Positions 10,119-17,698 of a stretch of DNA of 29,128 nt are shown here, piece after piece; within the stretch, counting starts at the first letter, position 1; each line of letters begins with the position of its first letter. The translations under genes were made by a program, and so were the position numbers. The DNA comes from an uncultured archaeon (GTDB taxonomy: Archaea > Thermoproteota > EX4484-205 > JAAOZP01): positions 1-29,128 of the forward strand of contig CALIBN010000047.1 in the NCBI GenBank assembly GCA_938045545.1, given 5' to 3'. The notes below the pieces were generated by a model, which saw nothing but the letters and a program-made list of their open reading frames with translations, was not told where the DNA came from and searched no databases.

Positions 10119-10136
10119 TTTAAAACCTGTTTTTCC
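10119..10136 (-). promoter_or_regulatory. BRE/TATA-like promoter pointing into the fttA-lsm intergenic region
   Basis: Minus strand reads GGAAAAACAGG-TTTTAAA; no credible minus-strand CDS follows. Confidence 0.45.
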
Positions 10137-10159
10137 ACCAGTTTCTACCGCCGGGCTGG

Positions 10160-10176
10160 AAAAGTATTTATTTAAG
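10160..10176 (+). promoter_or_regulatory. BRE/TATA promoter of the lsm-rpl37e operon
   Basis: AAAAGTA-TTTATTTAAG about 25-30 nt upstream of the lsm start. Confidence 0.55.
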
Positions 10177-10198
10177 CGTTCAGCGGAATCCTTGAGGA

Positions 10199-10447
10199 TT
10201 GTCCGCAGACACTACGATGGAGCTGCTTCAAGCATCCCTTGGGAAGAGCATAATCGTGAAGCTTAGAGGAGGAGCAAAGATACGTGGAATCCTAGACGGG
10301 TATGATCCTCATCTGAACATTGTGCTCTCCGACGCTGAGGAGCTTAAAGGGAACGAGACGACTAGGCTTGGGCTGATCGTGATAAGGGGGGACAACGTCA
10401 TCCTGATTTCCCCACCGATAGAGTATAGGCCTGAGGAAAAGGAGTAG
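10199..10447 (+). CDS. Sm-like (Lsm/SmAP) RNA-binding protein
   Basis: Sm1 motif VKLRGG..IRGILDGYDPHLNIVL and Sm2 motif IVIRGDNV; upstream of rpl37e. Confidence 0.95.
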   Translation: MSADTTMELLQASLGKSIIVKLRGGAKIRGILDGYDPHLNIVLSDAEELKGNETTRLGLIVIRGDNVILISPPIEYRPEEKE

Positions 10448-10453
10448 AGGGAA

Positions 10454-10654
10454 ATGGGCAAGACCTCGGCTGGGACAACAGCCTTCGGAAGGCTCCATAA
10501 GAAGTCAACCCACAAGGTATGCAGGAGATGCGGGAGAAGATCCTTCAACATTAGGAAGAAGTATTGCGCGGCATGCGGCTTCGGAAGGAGCCCGAGGATA
10601 AGAAGATACTCTTGGCAGAACAAGAAGCTGCAGAGAACCGTGAGAGTTGTCTAG
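10454..10654 (+). CDS. rpl37e: 50S ribosomal protein L37e
   Basis: [26 protein letters not shown] and RRYSWQ. Confidence 0.97.
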   Translation: MGKTSAGTTAFGRLHKKSTHKVCRRCGRRSFNIRKKYCAACGFGRSPRIRRYSWQNKKLQRTVRVV

Positions 10655-10657
10655 GCT

Positions 10658-11296
10658 TTGACGTCTGATTTGAACAGCAGAGTAAGCCTTCTCATCAGAG
10701 AATCCTACGAGTATTTGAAGAGGCAGGAGGATGTTAAGTATGACCTGCTTAGAAGCATAAGCAGCGTTGTGAAGAAGTGCAGGAGCTCCGTTAAAGCATC
10801 CTACGCGCATGACTTTAAGGCTTCGAGAAGAATACTGGACAGCGTGCAGCACGACATAACGAGGCTCGTTAAGACTGCTTACAGGGAGGGAGTCTGGGAA
10901 ACATGGCCCCCTATAGTGCAGACATACCAGGAGTTTCTTGAGGCTGTTCTAGTATACTGGTTCACATCCGGCAGGGAGTATAGGTTTAGGGTGAAGCCTC
11001 CACCGGCTTCAATACTCTACGCGGTCTCAGACTTCATAGGAGAGTTAAAGAGAGTTATGCTTGAGCACCTTAGGAAGGGCCAGTTGAAGGAGGCTGAGGA
11101 AACCTATAGGATTATGGCTCAGCTCTACGAGAATGTTTCAACTATCGCGCTCGGCGACTCGGCGCTCCCTGGCTTCAAGAGGAAGATAGATGTCAACAGG
11201 TCCTCTGTTGAATCAGCCTTCTCAATTCTGAACGAGGAGCTCCGTAGAAGAGCATTCCTGTCTTCAATGGAAGAATACTTTGAGAAGCTCCGCTGA
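10658..11296 (+). CDS. Translin/TRAX family protein (archaeal C3PO-like)
   Basis: All-helical protein with YQEFLEA, AVSDFIGELKR and FKRKIDVNR motifs. Confidence 0.85.
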   Translation: MTSDLNSRVSLLIRESYEYLKRQEDVKYDLLRSISSVVKKCRSSVKASYAHDFKASRRILDSVQHDITRLVKTAYREGVWETWPPIVQTYQEFLEAVLVYWFTSGREYRFRVKPPPASILYAVSDFIGELKRVMLEHLRKGQLKEAEETYRIMAQLYENVSTIALGDSALPGFKRKIDVNRSSVESAFSILNEELRRRAFLSSMEEYFEKLR

Positions 11297-11942
11297 AACG
11301 CTTAAAGCGGGTGAAAACCTGAGACTGGATCAGGCTCTGTACGAGAGGCTTTGTGAAACGCAGAGACGCATCTCTAAAAGGGTCGTCATACCGGAGGAGC
11401 ATTGTGGAAGCTTTGAAAGGATTGCTGGCGTCGATGCCTCCTACTTTGGAGACTTGGCCTTCGTAGGCTTCACGGTTTTCAGCATCTCGGAGAACAGGAT
11501 AATCCTTGTAAGCGTTTCAACCACCCGTTCGAGAATACCCTATTTTTCCTCGCTCCTATGCTTCAGAGAGGGGCCGGTTGTCCTCCCTATTCTCAGAAGG
11601 TTCCTCCCGGAGTATGATGTTCTACTGGTTAACGGCCATGGGCTCGCCCACCCGAGGAAATGCGGCCTAGCCACATATCTTGGAGTATTGCTTAAGAAGC
11701 CCACCATAGGGGTTGCGAGAAAACCCCTGGGGAGGCTTGACGAGGAGCATAACGTTAACCATTTAAGAGCGTTTGAAGACAGGTTCTACTACAGCGTGGG
11801 AAACATGATGACTCTGGAGGGGGCGTTCAACGTGCTTAGGAGAACCACTTTGAGAGACAGGGGGCTCCCGCTGCCTCTTGAAACAGCGCACTCTTTCTCA
11901 AAGAGGGCGTTAAAGCTGGTGGCTGGTGATGAAAGAGTATAG
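11280..11942 (+). CDS. nfi: Endonuclease V family
   Basis: IAGVDASY, PY....CFREGP, GHGLAHPRKCGLATYLG and PTIGVA. Confidence 0.92.
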   Translation: MRSSAETLKAGENLRLDQALYERLCETQRRISKRVVIPEEHCGSFERIAGVDASYFGDLAFVGFTVFSISENRIILVSVSTTRSRIPYFSSLLCFREGPVVLPILRRFLPEYDVLLVNGHGLAHPRKCGLATYLGVLLKKPTIGVARKPLGRLDEEHNVNHLRAFEDRFYYSVGNMMTLEGAFNVLRRTTLRDRGLPLPLETAHSFSKRALKLVAGDERV

Positions 11943-12615
11943 AAAGATGTTCATGCTGATCGCGATCGCGAAGCTCGCAGTGGGGGAGAAGACGCCTGTT
12001 TCAACGAGAAGGCTCTCTAAGGCCACTGGGGTTTCACACCAATCCGTCTCCAGGTATCTCAAGCAGCTTGAGGAAGAAGGCCTTGTTGAAACCGTGATGA
12101 CGCCGAGGGGGCGGGTGATAAAGCTGTCAAGCAGAGGGTTAAACCAGATTAAGCTTCACGCGGGCACAATCCTATCCCTGATAAACAGGGTTGACAAGAC
12201 CTATGTTTTCACCGGGAAGGTTTTCACCGGGCTAGGCGAGGGAGCATACTATGTTTCCAGGAAGCCTTATCTCGAACAGTTCTACTCTAAGCTGGGCTTC
12301 TACCCTTACCCCGGCACGCTTAACCTGAGAATAGAACAGTACATGGATCAGCTTCTGCTAATCGAGAAAATGGCTAAGCCGCCGATATTCATCCAGGGTT
12401 TCACGAACCGCGAGAGAACTTTCGGAGATGGTTACTGCTACCCGGTTATCGTGTGCAACAGTTACGAGGGCGCCATAGTTAAGGCTTTGAGAACAGTTTA
12501 CGACAGCTCCGTGGTTGAAATAATCTCGCCCCACAACCTCAGGAAGAAGCTGAAGCTTAAAGACGGGGACACTGTAACCTTCTCTTTCAAAAACGTGGAA
12601 ACAGGGAGAGAGTAG
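11926..12615 (+). CDS. ribK: CTP-dependent riboflavin kinase with N-terminal winged HTH (RbkR type)
   Basis: HTH segment GVSHQSVSRYLKQLEEEG; kinase motifs GKVFTGLGEGAYY, PYPGTLN and EIISPHNLR. Confidence 0.94.
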   Translation: MMKEYRKMFMLIAIAKLAVGEKTPVSTRRLSKATGVSHQSVSRYLKQLEEEGLVETVMTPRGRVIKLSSRGLNQIKLHAGTILSLINRVDKTYVFTGKVFTGLGEGAYYVSRKPYLEQFYSKLGFYPYPGTLNLRIEQYMDQLLLIEKMAKPPIFIQGFTNRERTFGDGYCYPVIVCNSYEGAIVKALRTVYDSSVVEIISPHNLRKKLKLKDGDTVTFSFKNVETGRE

Positions 12616-12635
12616 GAAGCGGAGAAAAGCCCAAA

Positions 12636-13097
12636 CTATGTTCTCCTAATCTTCTCAATAATCTTGCTCGTGCTCGTGTCGAAAAACTTCCTCATTCTAA
12701 CAGTCTTGATCTCGAGCCCAAGCCTTTTCAAAACCTTTTGAGTCATCCTCATGATGCTTGCCTGATCGTAGCCGAAGACAATAACATCCGGCCTAAGCCT
12801 CTTCAGAAACCACTCAATGTTCTTCTCAATATCACCCCTCCTTCCAACGTAAACCCTGTCAACCGGCTTAAGCTTGGAAACCATGAAAGCCCGGTCCCTA
12901 GCCCTGAACATAGGGCTCCTACCCTTATTGCCCTTAACCACGCTGTCACACGCAACAATAACAAGAAGCCTGCCGTCCTCTCCCGCCAGACGCTTAGCCT
13001 CCTCCAGAAACCTTATGTGACCCGGGTGAATAATGTCGAACACACCCGTAGTAAGCACGACCCTGCCTCCTCCGCTCATATCCCGGTCTCCACCCAT
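12636..13097 (-). CDS. ribL: FAD synthase (cytidylyltransferase family)
   Basis: GVFDIIHPGH, VIVACD, PDVIVFGYDQ and STSKII; adjacent to the riboflavin kinase. Confidence 0.85.
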   Translation of the reverse strand: MGGDRDMSGGGRVVLTTGVFDIIHPGHIRFLEEAKRLAGEDGRLLVIVACDSVVKGNKGRSPMFRARDRAFMVSKLKPVDRVYVGRRGDIEKNIEWFLKRLRPDVIVFGYDQASIMRMTQKVLKRLGLEIKTVRMRKFFDTSTSKIIEKIRRT

Positions 13098-13584
13098 ACT
13101 GGGTTCATACAGTCACTATAAAAGCCCTCCGGTTAAAAAAGCATCAGCCTACTGCCGCAAACAAAACGAGGATAATAATCCCTCCAACAATGCAGAAATC
13201 AAGCCGTCCTAATAGGAGGAGAAAATTGTTTTACTGCTATTCTCTTCAAGATAAGGAGCACTGAGACACCTGTTATCACGCATCAGAGCCTCGATTGGAA
13301 TTTCAGAGACCCGGGTTTGATCGTAAGCTTCCTAGGCTCAGGATAATAGTGTCCACGTAAACAAAACTGATAACTGATTAACCGGATAGAGTAATACGGC
13401 TGCAGAATCCGCATGTAGCCTTTTCACGGCTTGAGCGGGTTTTTCTCTTTGCTATTACATATGTGAGTGGCGAATTCTGAGCCTGAAAGAAAGGCTTAGG
13501 AAACCGATTCAAGGCGTCTGCAGCTATGCTGTTAACAAAACTCCGCAACCCGCGTTTTTCCATGCATGGTTAAACACTGAAAGG

Positions 13585-13599
13585 GAAAAACTTTTATTA
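13585..13599 (+). promoter_or_regulatory. BRE/TATA promoter of tRNA-Lys
   Basis: GAAAAACT-TTTATTA ending 26 nt before tRNA position 1. Confidence 0.65.
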
Positions 13600-13625
13600 C
13601 CCTCTTACGCAAGAAAAAGCACGGC

Positions 13626-13761
13626 GGGCCCGTAGCTCAGACGAGAAACATTTAAAAACGTCTCGGAGCAGCATGGTAGAGCAGCAGGCTCTTAAACAAG
13701 ACGGCAACATGGCACACGTGGAGACACCTGAGGGTCGAGGGTTCAAATCCCTCCGGGCCCG
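13626..13761 (+). tRNA. tRNA-Lys(CTT) with two introns: 13641-13671 (D-loop, 15/16) and 13695-13725 (37/38)
   Basis: Spliced sequence GGGCCCG TA GCTC AGCATGGTA GAGC A GCAGG CTCTTAA CCTGA GGGTC GAGGG TTCAAAT CCCTC CGGGCCC G. Both inserts fit BHB-type geometry. No encoded CCA. Confidence 0.92.
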
Positions 13762-13947
13762 CTCTAACCACATCCTATACTTAAGGTGAACACGAAACGC
13801 AATGGAGCGCTATTAATCAGCTTCCTTCCTCAAGCCTCACCGCCGGCGTATTTTCAGAGGCAGCGTCGAGGAAGGAAGAATCCTCTTCCCATGAGCCATG
13901 GAATGTTGCGTGAAGTCTCAAATTAAGGCGTTAGGGAAATAGCTGCA

Positions 13948-14353
13948 CCCGAGAAAGCAATACTCTTTGGGCTAATATCCTCTGACGGAAGTAACGCTTA
14001 TCATCAAAAAACTCAAAAGGAAGACGACATACGGATTATTCGACGAGATTTTACTCCAAAGATGGAGTACTTATAGAGTTATTTGATGAGCTATCTGGGA
14101 AGATGTATGATATGACACCACATCATTATGAAAGAAGAGATGTTTTATTACTGCGGCAGTATATTCCAAAGGCGTATTCTATGATTTAAGCAATTACGAT
14201 GTTAAGAAAGGGGTTTATGAATTTAGAGTTCCTCAAGAACATCTAGATTATGAGGGGAAGAGAGCATATTTGAAGGGTTTCTTATCTGGAGACTGAAGCG
14301 CACATATAGTTCATGGAAAGCGATTTCAAGTACGATTTAAGAGTGTGGCGTAG
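13948..14353 (+). pseudogene. Degraded two-motif LAGLIDADG endonuclease-like gene
   Basis: Motif 1 EKAILFGLISSDGS (13951-13992) and motif 2 RAYLKGFLSGD*S (14261-14299). Joining them needs two frameshifts, and TGA stands at the conserved Gly. Confidence 0.75.
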
Positions 14354-14358
14354 AAATA

Positions 14359-14610
14359 ATGGCCAGGGAGAGGAACGAAGGAATTCGTTATTACATAACT
14401 GCATATACGGGTGACAAAAAGATGGTTGGAAAATTGGCAGAAGGTCTGTTCCATGTGACACTTAACGAGGGAGATTCTAAGATAGTATTCGTCATGATTA
14501 AGATGTTTGATGAAATGTTCTCTGAGAAATTGGAATCTCGTGACTCGATGGAGAAGGTAGAGAATGAATTCAGGGAATACAGGAAGACTGTTGCTTATAA
14601 TTGCTTATAA
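14359..14610 (+). CDS. Hypothetical protein or gene fragment
   Basis: 83-aa ORF in an AT-rich inter-tRNA island; overlaps the next ORF and may be part of one frameshifted gene. Confidence 0.35.
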   Translation: MARERNEGIRYYITAYTGDKKMVGKLAEGLFHVTLNEGDSKIVFVMIKMFDEMFSEKLESRDSMEKVENEFREYRKTVAYNCL

Positions 14611-14890
14611 ATTCATATGTGAACCGAGGGTTAAATCTGTAGTTCAGGGAAGGAAGGTGGTGTTCATTCCAAAGGTTAATCTGCTCTGTGAGCTAGAATC
14701 CAGGATAGAGAATAAGATAATGGTGAGGGCGATTTATGAGGATTTCCATCCTGTAAAAAGCCTGCTTTACTCCTTAAATAACAGGATGATTAGCAGGGGC
14801 TTAGCAAAACGAGACGTAGACTATAAGTTGAATAAAAATCTCGATGATTTCAAGATCGGCGATATAGATGTCCGGGAGATGAGGTTCTAG
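14564..14890 (+). CDS. Hypothetical protein or gene fragment
   Basis: 108-aa ORF in the same island; no motif recognised. Confidence 0.35.
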   Translation: MNSGNTGRLLLIIAYKFICEPRVKSVVQGRKVVFIPKVNLLCELESRIENKIMVRAIYEDFHPVKSLLYSLNNRMISRGLAKRDVDYKLNKNLDDFKIGDIDVREMRF

Positions 14891-14908
14891 TGTGGCTTAT
14901 CTGAGAAG

Positions 14909-15007
14909 TGCGGAGGGTGGGATTTGAACCCACGAACCCCTGCGGGAAGAGGTCTATCCCCCGAGGTCTTGAGCCTCCCGCCTTTGGCCTGGCTTGGCGA
15001 CCTCCGC
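14909..15007 (-). tRNA. tRNA-Leu(CAA) with a 14-nt intron (nominally 37/38; 14954-14967)
   Basis: GCGGAGG TC GCC AAGCCAGGCCAAA GGC G GGAGG CTCAAG[ACCTCGGGGGATAG]A CCTCT, long variable arm, GTGGG TTCAAAT CCCAC CCTCCGC A. Confidence 0.92.
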
Positions 15008-15146
15008 GGTAGAGATTCTACAGTTTCTTAAACGTGTTTTGTTCCAGATCCTAATAAATTTTGTCGTTCAAAGTTTTCTGTTACCAAGTCTATCGGGGCT
15101 TCCCCGTAGTAAGACATATTATTTCGGATTGTTTTTAAGTTTTAGG

Positions 15147-15431
15147 ATGAGGCTGAGTGAGGTTTTCGCCAGCAGGGTTCAGGCCAGGGTTTTAGAGGAG
15201 CTTTTAAACGCTCCTCACACTATTTTCACGCAGGTTGAGCTTGCTAGGAGGGCTGGCTGCTCCTCCTCCAGCGTGGACAGGGCTCTGAGGAATCTTCATA
15301 GGCTCGGCTTAATCAGGATTGAGAGGCTTTCAGCCAATAAGATTGTCGCGTTAAATCTTAATAGCAGGGTTGCGTCCCTCCTCATTCAGTTTAACAGGGA
15401 TGTGAAGAGGGCTGATAGAGATACTGCTTAG
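15147..15431 (+). CDS. Winged helix-turn-helix DNA-binding protein
   Basis: FTQVELARRAGCSSSSVDRALRNLHRLGLI. Start moved to ATG 15147 because the track start overlaps the tRNA; TTTTTAA lies upstream. Confidence 0.8.
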   Translation: MRLSEVFASRVQARVLEELLNAPHTIFTQVELARRAGCSSSSVDRALRNLHRLGLIRIERLSANKIVALNLNSRVASLLIQFNRDVKRADRDTA

Positions 15432-15453
15432 GGAGAGGATAAGCGGCCGGGGG

Positions 15454-16068
15454 TTGACGTTTCTCGGCTTAGAGGGCTCCAGCGGAATGGGTGTTATTCA
15501 GGCGGGGAACCTTGTTAGGCTTTTCAACATGAGGCCTATTGGCGAGATTGTTTTCTACGGTTTCCCCGACAACCTGATCGTTGACTCTATGGGTGTCGGG
15601 AAGATTCCAACGGTGGACGTTTACCATGCTAGGACTGGGGACTTCAACATAAGTGTTTTCACGACGATGGTTAGGCAACAATATATTGATTCTCTCGGCA
15701 ACAGGGAGCGCAACATGTTTTTCTCCTCGCTTCTCTACGCTATGAGGCTAGTCGGGTCCAGTTTCCTCTTAACCATTGACTGCGTGAACGCTCCAAGCAA
15801 GAATAGGAAGGCGTATCTCATAGTTAACTCTTCAAAGCTTGCTGAGAGGTTTAAAGACAGGGAGGAATACATTCTCGTAAAAGGGAGGCGTTTAAGGAGC
15901 TCGCTGACGCTCGCAGTCGCCATGGCGAGGTTTCAAAAGATCCCTGCCCTACAAATAGTTCTCCCGATTAGAGAGCTTACTGAAAGCAGGGTTCAGCATG
16001 GTTTTCAAAGCCTAGTCAGCATTATTAACGATGCGCTGGCTTTCATAGCTGAGTCTGGAAACCGTTGA
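15454..16068 (+). CDS. Divergent PAC2/PbaA-like proteasome assembly chaperone family protein
   Basis: GLEGSSGMG...L...FNMRPIGEI...FP...IVDSMGVGKIP.VDVY resembles the PAC2 N-terminal pattern. Confidence 0.55.
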   Translation: MTFLGLEGSSGMGVIQAGNLVRLFNMRPIGEIVFYGFPDNLIVDSMGVGKIPTVDVYHARTGDFNISVFTTMVRQQYIDSLGNRERNMFFSSLLYAMRLVGSSFLLTIDCVNAPSKNRKAYLIVNSSKLAERFKDREEYILVKGRRLRSSLTLAVAMARFQKIPALQIVLPIRELTESRVQHGFQSLVSIINDALAFIAESGNR

Positions 16069-16075
16069 ACTGTTC

Positions 16076-17407
16076 CTACGGATAGTGCCAGGGGCTTATG
16101 AAACCGTGGGTCTCATTAAGCCTGTTCTTCTCAAGACCATATCTTTTCAACGGCTTGGTTAAATGCCTATGGGATCTTTCAGGCGGTAGATAGGGGCGGT
16201 TCACCGTTAAACGCCGTTCCATTACGATTGTCTGAGGCTCCTCAACTATCTCGCCGCATTTCTCGCAGGCGAAACCTTGGCGTAGCCCAAGGCTCTTGCA
16301 TTTTCTCCCGCATTTTGGACATGCTGGCGGTGTTCTCCTGATTTTTTCGCACAGCTTTAAAACCTCCATTTTCTCAGCGTTAACAACCAGTTTTCCCAAA
16401 TGCTCTTTAACCCCGCCGTACACACTTACGTGGTCGCCGGGCTCAAGCATGGACGCTGCTTTCTTCAAGCCTCCTGTTGGAGAGTAGAACGCGCATGAAA
16501 TCTTTCCCCCGTCTTCAATAGTCACTATAACGTGCCCACCTCGAATAATCTTCCTGTCGACCACGCGTCCCTCAACCCATGTCGAATCATATTTCCTAAC
16601 TTGGCTGATAGGAACAGGCTCGTCTGGAAAATGCGCGTCAGTACCCTGGTTGGTTTTGAAAATACACCAGCCTTCAATCTCCTCCTCGGCCTTCACAAGC
16701 CTGAACGCGTTGTAGACTGCCTCAGGCGTCTCCCCCCTTATTCCGAAGAGCACCGGGTCCCTGCCGTGGGGAGTTATCAGGATGCGTTTCGTCTCCGGGT
16801 CAATGTTGTTAAAAGTATGCTTTGAAGTCAGTTCATCCATAAGGATAACGCTGTCCCAATCTATTCTACGGGGCTTCCCATAGTTCTCCCTTACCCTGTA
16901 TGAGAGAAGCTCGAAAGTATAATCGTCGAAGACAGCTCCAACCGCTGCGAGCGCCCCCACAACTCCAACCCTAGAAGTCTTAAGGAACCTGCAGGACGCG
17001 CCTGCTTCCTCAGCGATCTTCAACGCTTCAACCGGCGGGACCATGCTCCTCAACACTCTCAGGTAGAACTGGTGGAGCACATCTCCCTTCTGGGGCAGAC
17101 TGTTGCTGAAGACGATCGCGGGCTCAGACCTGGGGCTGCTTAAATCCGAAAGCTTTTCCACAATTCTTACGACGGCCTCCGCGACCTCCTCGTAAACCTT
17201 CTGGCTTTCAACTCTTATCCTTATGCTTACCGCCCCGTTACCCCTTGTCTTCCAAGGGATGTTCGGGTTAAGCCTGACGAGAAGAGGATAATCCATAAAC
17301 TGTACTCCTCCCATACCGTCTAGCTGGGACACTATTTTCGCAGCAACATGCGTAGTGCAACCGAATACCTCTGAGTCCGTGTCGTCTATGCCTATGTTAA
17401 GCAACAT
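16076..17407 (-). CDS. tiaS: tRNA(Ile2) 2-agmatinylcytidine synthetase
   Basis: IGIDDTDS..GCTT, LVRLNPNIPWKTRGNGA, PVLFGIRG, TNQGTDAH, OB fold, Zn ribbon and RHLTKPLKR. Confidence 0.97.
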   Translation of the reverse strand: MLLNIGIDDTDSEVFGCTTHVAAKIVSQLDGMGGVQFMDYPLLVRLNPNIPWKTRGNGAVSIRIRVESQKVYEEVAEAVVRIVEKLSDLSSPRSEPAIVFSNSLPQKGDVLHQFYLRVLRSMVPPVEALKIAEEAGASCRFLKTSRVGVVGALAAVGAVFDDYTFELLSYRVRENYGKPRRIDWDSVILMDELTSKHTFNNIDPETKRILITPHGRDPVLFGIRGETPEAVYNAFRLVKAEEEIEGWCIFKTNQGTDAHFPDEPVPISQVRKYDSTWVEGRVVDRKIIRGGHVIVTIEDGGKISCAFYSPTGGLKKAASMLEPGDHVSVYGGVKEHLGKLVVNAEKMEVLKLCEKIRRTPPACPKCGRKCKSLGLRQGFACEKCGEIVEEPQTIVMERRLTVNRPYLPPERSHRHLTKPLKRYGLEKNRLNETHGFISPWHYP

Positions 17408-17516
17408 TTCGACTCAACGCTGAACAAGCCTTAAACAAGGGACCTGGCTTTTAAGCATAGCCTTCAATGCTCAACCGATAAACTGGGAGGCTGTTTTCAG
17501 TAACAGCCTTATAGAA

Positions 17517-17605
17517 AGCCTCGGGAGGGATTCGAACCCTCGACATGCAGCTGGCTCGGCTTTCACCTACGAGGCTGCCACTCTACCAGGCTGAGTTACC
17601 GAGGC
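17517..17605 (-). tRNA. tRNA-Thr(CGT) with a 15-nt canonical intron (17553-17567)
   Basis: GCCTCGG TA ACTC AGCCTGGTA GAGT G GCAGC CTCGTA[GGTGAAAGCCGAGCC]A GCTGC ATGTC GAGGG TTCGAAT CCCTC CCGAGGC T; clean BHB with CTCG/CGAG central helix. Confidence 0.95.
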
Positions 17606-17698
17606 TCAACCCTAAAATTTCTCCGAGGCTTAAAACGTTTTCGCTCCTTAAAAAACAGGATAAAAAGGTTAAACTAGCTTGAACAGCTCTTTAGAAGC

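Noticed and set aside
9897-10198. RNase P RNA, SRP RNA, 5S rRNA or FMN riboswitch call
   Set aside because: Only fragments match (GGCUUAU, GGAGCAGCC, AGCCCGCG); the defining conserved motifs of each family are missing.
13263-13272. GAGACACCTG identical to the tRNA-Lys intron 2/exon junction (13721-13730); possible antisense guide
   Set aside because: A 10-nt match is readily expected by chance, and there is no convincing C/D box pair around it.
14994-15146. N-terminal extension of the wHTH ORF
   Set aside because: It overlaps tRNA-Leu and its upstream region; ATG 15147 is the better start.
17623-17630. Copy of the tRNA-Thr acceptor 5' strand (GCCTCGG) just upstream of the gene
   Set aside because: Only 8 bp and directly beside the TATA box, so probably untranscribed and coincidental.
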